NCBI GenBank assembly: GCA_031835245.2
Contig: JAVKOQ020000067.1
Location: 124,001-188,000 of the forward strand
Direction: 5' to 3'
DNA length: 64,000 nt
Source: Balamuthia mandrillaris
Taxonomy: Eukaryota
In this document: positions 48,673-61,388 of the stretch, piece after piece
How positions within the stretch are numbered: position 1 is the stretch's first letter
Layout: each line of letters begins with the position of its first letter
Made by a program: the position numbers and the translations under genes
Notes under the pieces: model-generated
Database searches by the model: none
What the model saw: only the letters and a program-made list of their open reading frames with translations
Told to the model about the DNA's origin: nothing

Positions 48673-50027
48673 TCAATTCAAATAGGCTAAATGGTTACTA
48701 TTACCCAATATTTCTAAGTCCACTTCCTCTTCCTGCCATAACTCTGCAGAACAGTCCGTGTTTTCGGCTTCGCGGCGCTCATAAGACGCTTGCATTTCGT
48801 CTTTATCCTGGAAGAAGCGAGAGACATGCTCGGGGAACTTGTACTCAAAGTGTCGTTCCCTATGTGTAGGTATTGCTTTCTTCAATTCTTCCTGCTGCTT
48901 TGCAAACTTGCGAGACAGCTGCTCCACTTTAGCATTCCACTTTTGAATCGTCGTTTCCGCCAAAACTTGGCTGCAGGCCTCCACCAACGAACAAGTGATG
49001 TGGCTTCCTTCTTCAGACTCATCCATCAGTTCACCAAGAGTGCGTCCCCTTTCTTTCATTTGCTTTGAAAGAGCATCATGAGAAGGAGCAATGGCAAGTC
49101 TATACAACCACAGGCGAGCCCGGTTAAACTCCCCTTCATGTCGGTGCCAGTTGGCCATCCAAAGCATGGAGGCGTGATGTCCTCCTTCAGCTGCTTTCTT
49201 AAGCCACTGCACGCCTTCCTTCTGCTTTGTTGTCTTTGCCTTATCATTCCATGAGATCTTCCCTAACAGATGCTTTCCAAGAAAGTGCTGAGCCTTTGTG
49301 AGACCTTCTTGCGCTGCTGTCCGAATCCAGCGAAGCCCCTCCTCTTTGGTTCGTGTACCTTCGTTGGCGTTACTCTCCAAACAAATTCCGAGGTGAAGCA
49401 TGGCAGACAAATGACCTTCCATTGTTGCTTCTCGAAACCACCTCGCATTGTTGCTTCTCGAAAGCCAGCAGCGCTTCGCCACCAATGCACCGCTTGGCTA
49501 TGGTCTTTGTCCACCCCAGTGCCTGTGTCGTAGCACCAACCCACCCGGAAAAGACCAACAGTGTGTCCTTGCTCGGCAGCAGAGAGGTAGAATTGGAAGG
49601 CTTGGTTGGCATTTCCCTTCTGGCGCGGGTCTTCTGCTTTTAAAAACTCGTGTATTCCTGCTTCTTCCTCTTCTTCAGGTTCACGTTCTTCTTCTGCTTG
49701 TTCTTCATCTTCTTCTTTCTCCTCTGCTTCTTCCTCTTGTTTTTCTTCTTCTTCTTCTTCTTCTTGTTCTTCTTCTTCTTCACCTTCCTCAGCTTGTTCT
49801 TCTGGTTCTGTTGTCAGACTGTTGTTATGTGATAGTGATAGTTGTTCTTCGCTTTCAGCGCGTGCTGGCTTGAGAAGCTCCGGCTCTTCCTCAGACGCTT
49901 GCGTAACGGTTGCCTCATCCTGCGGTGTCTCCTCCCTGTTGACCTGCCCACACCAAGTTCGTGTTGCCAGTCGCCGCTGCTTCATCCTCTGCGGTTCTTT
50001 TCCCTGTTCTTCGGCACATCGCTTCAT
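48673..50027 (-). pseudogene. Sel1-repeat paralogue with internal deletion and frameshift
   Basis: Homologous to 26184-27767 (QFYLSAAEQGH, GWCYDTGTGVDKD, SLVEACSQV, WNAKVEQL). Split into two frames at an 18-bp duplication (49420-49437 and 49446-49463). Confidence 0.8.
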
Positions 50028-50238
50028 TGCCTAGGCTGCACACGCAACTGCGAATCTGCTGCGACTTGCTACTCACTAAAATGAATTCGATGTTCCATGA
50101 CGACATGGATAGGTTGGAGAGGAAAAAAGGGCGGGAAATATATATGGCTACCCCTCATACAAAGTAGCGGCACAAAAAGGAAGGAAAAAGAAGGAAGCAT
50201 CCACGCTCACACAAGCAAAGGCGTGAACGTATTCGCGA

Positions 50239-51794
50239 ATGTCAAGTACGTATGTTTCTTTTTCTTCCCTTCAGTGTGCTAAGCGAGCTTGCTTTTTTCT
50301 TTGTTGGCAGATTTCAACTTTAATTTCGGGACGGGAGCGTCCACGAGTGGGGGCTTCACCTTTGGTTCGTCCGCTTCCTCTGCGTCTTCATCCTCTGCTC
50401 CCAAAACCTCTACCCCTTTTTCCTTTGGCACCGCTTCTTCTGGCACTCCTGGTGCCTCCTCCACAGGCGGCACTACGTTCTCCTTTGGCACTTCTACGCC
50501 CGCAAAACCATCCACTACCACTCCTGCTGGCGGAGGAGGCGGAAGTTTGTTCAACTTTAGCACAAGCGGCAGTGCCGGTGCCACCACTTCTACCACCTCC
50601 ACTCCCGCTACAGGAGGAGGAAGTCTGTTTTCCTTTGGAACCGGCTCATCCACCAGTACTGCCACCACCACCAAGCCTGCAAGTGGAGCAGGCAGCTTGT
50701 TTTCCTTTGGGACCGGCTCATCTACCACCACCACCACCACCACCACCACCACGGCCTCAACACCGTCCGCCACCTCAGGAAGCACAGGAGGCTTGTTCTC
50801 GTTCGGAACTGGGGCCAGTAGCTCCACCACAACCGCCGCCTCGAAACCGGCCACCACCGGTACCTCAACCAGTACCCCTGCTTCTGGAGGTGGAAGTTTG
50901 TTCAATTTTGGCACTAGTTCTTCTACCACTGCTTCAACTACTACTGGCGCCAAAGCGGACTCCACAAAACCAGCGACGGGAAGCTTATTTAACTTTGGAA
51001 CAACAGCTGCTACCCCTTCCTCTGCCTCTGCCTCTTCCTCTTCCTCTGCTTCCTCTACCTCCTCCACTTCTTCCACATCAGGGTCCGCTGCTGGAGGCTT
51101 ATCCTGGAACTTTGGTGGTACCACTGGTGCAACAAAACCTGCTTCTACCACTTCCACAACAACGCCAGCCTCAACCACGACTACTTCACCGTCCACTACA
51201 AGCAGCCTGTTTCCGTCCACAGCGTCAACCACCACCACTACAAAGCCATCAACCACTTCCACAACCGCTACCACAACTACCACCACAAAACCTGACGCCA
51301 CTACTCCCTCTACTTCCGCCTCCACCACCCAATTTAACTTTGGATCACTTGCCACTACATCTGCCACCTCTTCCAGTAAGTGTTTCTCGTCTGTTTTTTC
51401 TTTCGCTAATTCGTCTTTTTGTACAAATGTTAATTCTTATTTAAAGCATCAGCTGGTGCTACTACTTCTACTACCGCAGCCTCCTCTACTACTGCTCTTG
51501 CCTCTGCCAAAGCTATTCGTATGCATTTACTGTTCTCTCCTTTTTATATACCATTTTTTTCTTTTTTTGTGTTTGTTTTTTCTTCCTTCATCACTTCATC
51601 CTGTTGACGTTAACTACCCCCAACCTGGTTGCGTGGTCTATAACAGAGATAGACTCAGCCCTCAAAAATAAGAATTTGGAAGAGATAGTAAACATGTGGA
51701 ACGAGGAATTAGAAGAGCACATCGTAACCTTCCGGAAACAAGCCGTTCTCATCGGAAAATGGGATCAAATGTTGTTGGATAATAGCGACAAAGT

Positions 51795-51846
<52 letters not shown>

Positions 51847-52521
51847 TCTGGCACTTACCTTGTAAATCGATCAGATACTATACCTGCATAGCAAAGTTCA
51901 ACGAGTACAAGCCACACAAAAGCAGCTTGATTCTAACCTAGAAATCATTGGGCGTCAACAAGAAGAACTTCATCAATTGCTGGAGCAGCTAGAAGGTGAA
52001 GTGGACAAGGTTTACGCCTCCCATCGCAACGAGCTTTCCCCTGCCGACATTGAGCGACAGAGAGGGTACGTTCCCTCTACTTCTGCTCCTGCTTTCTTTT
52101 TCTTCCCTCTTCGACTTTTGTTTCTCTGCTCCTTTCCTAAAAGTATGGTAATGCAGGTATCAACTTGCGGAGGACATAAATGATGAGCTAAACCAAATGG
52201 CAACGGCGCTCAAGGAGATTGTCACAAAGCTAAACACAGCGCACGAGAGGTCAGTGGATCAGGACAATCCTGTCTACCAGATCATTGAGATTTTGAACGG
52301 CCATCTACACGCTTTGCAATGGTTGGACCAACAAACGGCCCTTACACAAACCAAGATCAGTTCCGTGGGAAAGCAGTTCAAGATACAGGAGGTGGAGCAA
52401 GAACGCTTACGCAGGATTCGCAATGGTGAGCATTCTTTCTTCCTTTTCTGCCTCTCTCTTTTTGATTGTCTTTCTTTGTTGGCTTTACTAACTGGAAAAT
52501 GCCTGGCCAGAGTTTTACTAG
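50239..52521 (+). CDS. NUP62: FG nucleoporin Nup62/Nsp1
   Basis: FSFG/FNFG repeats with Thr/Ser spacers; C-terminal LKNKNLEEIVNMWNEEL...WDQML and IIEILNGHLHALQWLD. Confidence 0.92.
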
Positions 52522-52826
52522 ACATGCAACCACCGTGTCGGGTCTTCGTCACCTACCACTAAGTGATGTTTAACTTGTTTGCTGGCTTGTTTTTGTTTGT
52601 TGTTTCTTTTGGCAAGAAGCAATGTATACATCCATAACTTCCCACCAGTGAAAGAACTTGTTGTTGTTGTCCTTCATCATCTTTCTTCTTTGTTATACCT
52701 CACTCTTCTTTGCCTCGTGTCATGATGGAACTTTTATTGCCAATATTAGCGTTATAAGGCTGCTGTCTGACCATCATCAACAGACAAAGACTTTGCAAGA
52801 ACATTACCGCCAGCGTTTCGGCAAGC

Positions 52827-52866
<40 letters not shown>

Positions 52867-52868
52867 GA

Positions 52869-54774
52869 ATGAAGCTATCGCTGCTGCTTCTGTGGGGAGT
52901 TGCCCTGGTGGCGGTGCCAGGGGCGTTAGCAGCAAGGGGTAGCTATGATCCCACTTGGTCTTCTTTGGATGCACGCCCTCTGCCTCAATGGTACGACGAC
53001 GCCAAGTTTGGCATCTTCATCCACTGGGGCGTTTTCAGTGTTCCTTCCTACACTTGCGGGTCCGCTCTCTCTCCCTTGTGTCTACGCTTCTCTGTTATTC
53101 TCTTTCTTCTTACCACAATGAGCAGATCTACCGCAGCAGAATGGTACTGGTGGGGCTTGAGGGGAGCGAAGGAGGCATGCATCGTCCAGTTTCACAACCG
53201 TACCTATGGCCCAAACTTCAAGTATGCCGACTTTGCCCCTCAGTTCAAGGCCTCCCTCTTCGACGCCGATCAGTGGGCCGCTCTTTTTAACCGCAGCGGT
53301 GCCAAGTATGTGGTCCTTACTTCCAAGGTAGTTCGCTTCTTTCTTGTTGCATATGTTAGTGCTCTTGTTCTGTTAAGATCTCAAACGTGTTTGTTTGTAC
53401 TCCTTATTGCCTTTGCGTTCTCTTCCTTTCTTTTTGCAAAGCATCATGACGGCTTTTGCAACTGGCCCTCTGCTCAAAGTTGGAACTGGAACAGCGAGGA
53501 CACGGGTCCGCACCAAGACAATGTTGGCCTTATCACCAACGCCGTTCGCAAAGTCGGTCTTAGAATGGGTCTCTATCACAGGTAGGAGCTTTTGTGTTAC
53601 GTCTTTGTGGTTGTGTCCCCTTCCTTCTTCTCTCATTTCTTAACACAGAAGCAAACAAGTCTGTTTGAGTGGTTCAACCCGCTTTACCTAAAGGACAAAG
53701 CGAGCCAAGGCAAAACCCAAGACTATGTCAACACCATCCTCCTTCCTCAACTTCAGGACCTGGTGCTGACCTACAAACCAGAGGTAGTGTGGTCGGACGG
53801 TGACTGGGAGATGAACGACACCTACTGGCGTTCCCGTGAGTTCTTGGCTTGGCTCTACAACGACAGTCCCGTAAAAGACGAAGTGGTCGTCAACGATCGA
53901 TGGGGAAGTGGAGACACCTGCAAGCATGGAGGATATTATACTTGCAGCGATAGATACAATCCTGGCAAGCTGCAGACTCATAAATGGGAGAATGCCCTTA
54001 CCATTGATAAGCGCACTTGGTTCGTTCTTCTTTGGTCTTTTATTCTTTTTGTTTACTAACATGGCACAACAGGGGATATGCTCGAAACTCTTACTTGGAT
54101 GACTTTCTCAGCATAAACGAACTTGTTTACCAACTCGTATCAACGGTATTACTTTGCACCATTACCATCATTACTGCTGAAAACATAAACATCGCTGATG
54201 CTTGTTTTGTTTATTTCCAAACAGGTCAGTTGTGGAGGCAACATGTTGCTTAACGTTGGGCCTACTCCAGAAGGCACCATCACCCCTATCTACCAAGAGA
54301 GGTTAGCAGCTCTCTCTCTCTCTCTCTCTCTCCTCTCTCACTCTCTCTCTGATTCCCTCGGCTTTTGCTGCTCTTCCATCAAACTTAAACGATACAAACA
54401 GACTCGTTCAGTTGGGAGAGTGGCTAGGCATTAACGGAGAAGGCATCTATGCCAGCAAACCATTCCGAGCCCAAAACGACACGGCAGCAGGCACCCTCTG
54501 GTACACCGCCTCCAAGAGCCAAGCCAACCAGGTCTACGCCATCTTCCTCGAATGGCCCAGAGCGGATGCCCCACTGGTCTTGACCCAACCCAAGCTCGCC
54601 CTTGGGGTCTCCAAGGTCTCTCTTTTGGGCGTGGCTTCAGCTTCAGACTTGCCTTGGAGGTATCGAGGCGGCGACGAAGGCGGCATCGAAGTACAGTTGC
54701 CCACGTTGGCTTCTTTGCCTCCGCTGTTGCAAGGCCAAAGCGGTTGGACGCTACGCCTCACTCAAGCCTATTAA
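52869..54774 (+). CDS. Alpha-L-fucosidase (GH29)
   Basis: Signal peptide, [46 protein letters not shown]. Confidence 0.95.
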
Positions 54775-54820
54775 AGGCAGCATGCCTGCACTCTCGTTGC
54801 GCCTTCTCACACCAGAAGGA

Positions 54821-54877
<57 letters not shown>

Positions 54878-54882
54878 GAGAC

Positions 54883-54913
<31 letters not shown>

Positions 54914-55585
54914 AAGAGAGCAGAACAGGAAACACAAACAAAAAAAGTGGAGAAAAGGACGAGAATTCGGTTCCCGGAATAAAGTGAACAACCAAGGTCA
55001 TTTTTTTCGTAACGCTGTGTAGCGACCAGAGTTTTTGTGTGGAGTTGCCCGCAAAGTGGTGTAAACTCTGGCTATTTTTTTTTTTTTTTTGTTGATCAAC
55101 CGGAGGAGGAGGACTCGGACAACCCACCACTTGGACCACTTGTATTTTTTTTTTTATTTTTCGTGGGTTTCCTCCCCCTTTCCCTTCCCTGCCGTTCCCT
55201 TGTCCTCCCAGCAGGGCTGCCTTGTCATCGGCTTTCTATTTTTTTCCAGGTTTCCTGTCTGTTTCCCTTTTTATTTTATTTTTCTCTTATTTTTTCACTT
55301 TTTCATTTTTTTTGTGTTCCTTTTTTTTAAACATAACAACAAACAGAACAGAGACGACAACAACAACCACACCGACGAGCTCTTTTGCTTCCTTTGTTCT
55401 TTTTTGTTTTTTTCTCCTTCAACACCTGCTTTTTTTTTTTGTTTGGGTGAACATCTTTCATTTGGAAAAAAAAAAATCTCCAAAGTTTTTTATTTTTTTT
55501 TGGGTGACTAGTCCACCTTCTACCGACCCACCAACTTGGACGAAACGAACGAACGGTGCAAGAAAAAACGACAAAAGTTTATAAC

Positions 55586-56994
55586 ATGGCAGCTGTAGAA
55601 GTGGAAAAAATTACTACTACTCTTACTTGGCATCTGTACGATCATCGCCTGCAATGAGATTTTTGATTAGGAGTAGCTGATTTTCTCTTTTTTTTTCCCC
55701 CCAAAGTCCGGACACGGAAAGCGCTACCGTTGTATCCAGTGTTACTCAAGTAGCGTCTGAATCTCGCAGGAAAAAGAAATGTAAGTTTAAATCGCACATC
55801 AGATGATTACACCCCTGATTTTCAATTTGTTTTTTTTGCCGTATTTTCTCTACTCACCACCGACGCACCAGGGGTTCCTCGTCGCGATTCTTTGGCTTAC
55901 CGGCAACGCAAGGGCAAACGGGGTTCCCGTCGGTTCCAACGTTTCATGAATGGTGAGTCCGGTGAACCACAACCCGCTCACCATCATTCTATTTATTCTC
56001 TATCTCTCTTTTCGATGACAAATTTCAAAGCTACATCAAAGAACACAAGAGATTGAGAGAAAAGAGAAAAAGAAAGAGAAAAATAGAGCAAAAGAGAAGA
56101 GGAGGGCAACTGCAGACTTTTCTTATGATCTGATCTGATTTCGAAAACCCTCTAATCCCTATTCAACCTTCTCTCAAGCGCTTGAGATCGGAGCCACTCT
56201 GGAAACATGGGAGTACGATGAGGAATTCATGGAGCAGCTGACATGGCATCCCGAGTGGAAGTCCGTGTTCGAGCTGCTGTTCACGTCGGAGACCAACAAG
56301 CGCATCTGGGAGCCCTTCCGCGACATCACGGAAGAGGAGCAAGACGAGCTTCTTAACTGGCTCTGCGGTTCTGCCGATTTTGCAGCTGCTAAGGAGCGCC
56401 ATGGTACGTTCTCCATTCATCTTTTATGTTTCTTCTTCACCTCTTACTCACCGTCTTTTTGATTCCTTTATTTTATTTCCCTCCCGCTCCACAACAGCGT
56501 CCGCCAAGCAAGAAGCAATGAAAGCAGCGGAGAAGCTGTTCCTTGACATCGATCGCTCTACCAGAGATCTCCTGAAAGAGAACTTTGGCTACAACTCAAG
56601 CCTTGTCGAGCACCTAGAAGCTTTTATCATGCCTCTCATCTACGGCTTTGTAGATATGGAGAGCGGGGAGGACGAAGCGAAAAAGAGCAACACTCACTTC
56701 AAGAGCATCAAGCACTCGGGTGAAGACCTTCACCTCGTCTTCAACGACTCTCGAGACCGCAAAGTCTGTCACGGCGTTTGCAAGTACTACTCTCTGAAGA
56801 GCAGCAGTAAGAACAAGCTTGGAAAGAGGATCACCGTCATTTCCAAACCTTCTCCATCCTCTTCCTCCAAACGCAACAACGAGAAAAAGAAGAAGGACTC
56901 CTCCTCTACTTTTCCTGATGCAGCTTTACTTTCGGAGTACCTTCACTACAACTTGAACCAACAAAAACAACAACAAGCTGCGTCAACCAACTAA
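55586..56994 (+). CDS. R3H-domain protein, R3HDM4-like
   Basis: RKGKRGSRRFQRFMN, WEPFRDITEEEQ, R3H motif RKVCHGVCKYYSLKSSS. Confidence 0.7.
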
Positions 56995-57626
56995 AGGTTT
57001 GCGACAGTTTAGTGGAGTGAGCTCTTTGAGTGGACGCTCTGGTCTGTCAGCAGCAACTTTTTGTTTTCGTTTTTGAAGAGCTCACTCTTTGTTTCTGTTT
57101 TTTTGTAGTTGAATGTGTAACTTGCTTGTAAAAATTCATTGGCTTGCTGATGCTCTGCTATCTACTTTGTAATTGGTGTTATCTTTTGTATACAAAACAA
57201 AAAACAAAAAAGCATAATAAACGAACGTTTGGGGTGCTCTTCTGACTCTTTCTCTCTCTCTCTCTCTTGGAGCCAAAGCTTTCGTTACGCATGCACGCAT
57301 TTATTGTCGATTATCAAGCCAAGGATTATCGACAGAAAAACCAAATTATTTTTCGTCGACGTGCGGAAAGATAAAGAAAATGTGTGGACGTGGCTTTCTC
57401 TGAAGGTGAAGATAAAGAGACGTAAGCAAACCCGGTGCCGTTGACTGCCACTACTTCTTTTACCTGAATGGTACGCCCGCCTCGGTTCTATTTTTATTGT
57501 TCTTCTTGCATAAAAGTCTTGTCTTATTTTTTTTTCCTCTCTCTCTCTCTTCACAACAACAAAAACAAAACCGTCTTCCTCGTGAAACTCAAACCCCACT
57601 CGCCCAACCGTATATCGCAACACACA

Positions 57627-58728
57627 ATGTGGAGCTGGTTAGGAAGAAGTCAAACCGAGGACAACAACAACCTCCCATCTCTGCCGTCGGAAGGAGGAGC
57701 TTCCTCCTCCTCCAGCGAATCGGATGACGGCGGGGATAGCGAGACTTTAGTGCAGGAGGAAGAAGGCCGCTCCTCCATCAGAAGGAAGAGCAAGAGCAAG
57801 AACAAGAAATCGTTCACCTCTTTTCCTGAGGAAGAGAAGGAGAAAGACTCACCCAAAAAGAAAAGCCACAAAAAGAAGAAGGGAAAGGAAAAGGGACTGA
57901 AGAAGAAGTACCGCGGCAAAGGCAAACCCAGCTCCATCCGTGAGAGCTTCATCGATGTCGGCCGCAACAGGATCGACTTCTCCAAGAAGGCCACTCACGA
58001 GGACAAGGAGCAGGAGAGAGAAAGAAAGATCGTGGACAACAAGTTCTTCAAGGTGAAGGAAACGGACGTGTTCGACCCTGAGACAGGTCTCACCGTCGAC
58101 ACCAACACCGTTATTGTGGTCAAGGACGTCTCCTTGACGCAGACCCTGTCCAGCTTCGACTTGTTGATGACGGGCGTGGAGAAGCAGACGGGATGGTTCT
58201 CTGGCAATAGGCGACTGCCTATCTTCTCAGCGGAGAGCTTGGCCATGCGAGTGGCTGCCTTGAGAGAGATGAGCCTTTCCTACAACACGCCTCAATACAA
58301 GGCCTTGTTGGAGTGGCTGGAGGAGTATTATCATCAGCTGGTGGCGAAGATCGAGGAACAGCTGGAGGAGGGCAAGATCAGCTTCTTTGGTTTGTGGTAC
58401 CTCTTTGAGAAGGGCAACCGCTTCAGTGCTACGGTAGGCAGAGGACAAACTGTTGGATCTCATGTTTGTATGTTACTTCTCTCTCTCTCTCTCTCTCTCT
58501 CCACCTTTTTTCTTCCATCTTAACTTTTGTATTCTGTTCGCGTTGGTCGCTTTAGTGCACATGAGATACAGCAACACCATGATGGGATACGTGTTCCAGT
58601 TGCAAGGCGAGTTTGTTAAGTCCGATGGACTCTCTTTCTTTACCGAAAAGCAATCCTTTTCTATTGGTTTCTTCCCACAGCTCAAGGTACTATGCAAACA
58701 CTTCGTCCTTCCTGAACACGTATTTAAT

Positions 58729-58764
<36 letters not shown>

Positions 58765-60285
58765 AAAAATATAGGAAGTCTTGTCTCTTTCGATACAGCC
58801 AATGACACAGGAAGTTTTGGACGTCCTCAGTGAAAGGGGCAGCCTCTTTGCTAAAATTGCGCTAAACCACAGTTTCATGAACTATACTCGTTTCATGGCA
58901 TACAGATCGTCACCTCTTCGCGTGAATTACTTTAAGGTACTCTCTCTCTCTCTCTCTCTCTCTTCTCCCTCCTTTTTCCTCCTTTTACTGTGAGGTTCAA
59001 ACTAATCCCGTTTGTATAGGCGGATGGTAGGGTGATGGTTGACATTGCGACCTTCAATCGGATGAACCCAGAGTATTACGAGTTTGGCAACAATAACAAT
59101 ATGGCGCATGCTCAAAACCTTCGTCAAAACCATCAACTCGATAGGCAACAACAAATGTTGAACTCGGTGCTCTACAACAACGCCCAGGGCGAAGTTCAAA
59201 CAGCTGCTCAGGAAATGACGCAGCAATTGGCAAACAACGGCGGAGTTACCAGCAACTCCCAATCTATGCGTTTGACACCAGACATGTACTACATGACGTG
59301 GCCCATGGTTGCTGGTTTTAGCTTTGCTGCTAAACGCTGGGGTGAAATCATCATTGAGTAAGTATTAATGCTTTTCACACTTTCTTGTTTACTTGTCTTG
59401 GATGTCTAACAACCTTTTGATGATCGTAAATGCAGCAATTTGAGTGATATCCGTTTTGATGACACAGCATACGAAAACTTGGTATTGCCAGCTGAAAAGA
59501 AGTCGCTCATTAAGGCCTTAGTGGAGGACAACCGCGGCGAGCAGGACGAGCGGGCAACTGACCTCATCTCTGGCAAAGGTGGCGGTGTCATCTTCCTGCT
59601 GCATGGTCCTCCTGGCGTGGGTAAGACTCTCACTGCAGAGGCCATCGCGGAGCTTCTTCATCGTCCTCTGTACAGTGTTTCAGTTGGTGAGTTGGGAACG
59701 ACAGCAGAAAGCTTGGAGCAGAAGCTGCAAGAAGTCTTGGAGCTGGCAAGTATCTGGAATGCAGTGGTGCTCATCGATGAGGCGGACATTTTCTTAGAGA
59801 AGAGGACAGCACACGACATCTTGAGGAATGCCATGGTTGGCATCTTCTTGCGCAAACTAGAGTACCACCAAGGCGTGCTCTTCCTCACCACAAACAGGTT
59901 TGTTTATTGTTTTGGTATTTGTTTCTTCACTTCTGGTTCCTAACCTATTCTTTTTTTCAAAAGGGTAAAATGCTTTGACCCAGCATTCAACAGTCGCATT
60001 AGCGTGGCCATCAAATACCCTGACTTGGAGGAAGAGGCCAGGGCGGAAGTATGGAAGAACTTGCTTTCTAATAATACCACCAACAGTGATCTGGCGAAGG
60101 GCAGCCAGGAGCTCGCCAAGTATCCAATGAACGGAAGGCAGATTCGCAGCACCATCCGTTTGGCGATGGCTCTCGCCAGAAGCCAAAACACAGAAATCAA
60201 CGACCAACACGTTGCCCTTACGGTCAAAATGGCCAAAGAATTCGACCAAGACCTACTTGCCGAAGAGCAGGCAGGTGACTATTGA
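57627..60285 (+). CDS. AAA+ ATPase of the type common in filamentous fungi
   Basis: GFSFAAKRWG, GKGGGVIFLLHGPPGVGKTLTAE, LIDEADIFL, FLRKLEYHQGVLFLTTNR, DPAFNSRI. Confidence 0.9.
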
Positions 60286-60566
60286 TGTTTTTTCAAAGTC
60301 AAAGACTCTTTGTTGTATAGAAACAAAAAAAAAAGCTCGTCATCTACCTTGCCTTGTCTGTTCAAATGCTAGCACCACACCCTCTCTGCCCCCTCCCTCC
60401 CAGCGTTGAAGCCGGGAGGGCCCGGCAGTCGTGTGCTTGTCTGCGTGACCCAAGCGCAAAACTTTTGTGATGATAATTCAAAAGTATTAGGTTGGGTATT
60501 TCGGTTAGGGAGAGCATTTTGGGGAAAAAGAAGAGAAGAGGGCCAGAGAGGAAGACAAAGAAACAC

Positions 60567-60738
60567 CATGGGGAAGCAGAGAGAAGACAAAGCACCGATG
60601 GAAGAGGAGGCAGAACAACAAGAAAGAGAGGAGGGGGAGGAGGAGGACGAAGCACAAGAGCAAAATGGAGAATCATCAGCAGAAAGCAAACAAAAACCTC
60701 CCAAACCAAACCCGTTCGTAGTTTCTTTGTTCTGGAAG

Positions 60739-60811
<73 letters not shown>

Positions 60812-61321
60812 GTTGACCTCTCCTCCACAGACACAGAGATGTTGGCTTGAAGTTTCGGAATTACACACCCAAAGATACGGTTTTAAGAGAACTCAAATTG
60901 CCTACACCTCCTCTTCCCTCCATGGTCCATGAAATCACTGTTAAACTGCATCAAATCACTGTACAACAAGATGTGCGTTTCGTTGAACCTCTCCTCTTTC
61001 CCACTCACTCTCCCTCTCCTCTCTTTTCAAGCACTCTTTCACCTACTTACCCTTCTTGTTGTTCCAACAGGATGTGCTTAACTTGGCACCGAAGAAACCA
61101 AACTGGGATCTAAAACGTGACGTGGAGAAGAAGCTAGACATTCTGGAAAAACGGACCCAAAGAGCTCTCTATGAGATGCTGAGTATGTTTCTCTCCCTCC
61201 TGAATTCATCTCCCAACTGAACATTTGTTTGCTTCAAGTGCTGACCATTGTTTTTGCTACCTGCTCTTTATCAAACAAACCAACAGAAGAGAAGCTAGAA
61301 AAGGAAGAACAATCACAATAA
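60567..61321 (+). CDS. CCDC12: Splicing factor CCDC12/Cwf18
   Basis: LKFRNYTPKD, NLAPKKPNWDLKRDVEKKLDILEKRTQRA. Confidence 0.9.
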
Positions 61322-61388
61322 AAGGAATGACTATGGCTATGAGACTAAAAAGTGATAAGGCGGAGTGTAGCAGAACGTGACTTTTTTT

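Noticed and set aside
50279..51367. 362-aa antisense ORF and apparent tandem repeats
   Set aside because: Mirror of the Nup62 FG repeats. Not a CRISPR array or a separate gene.
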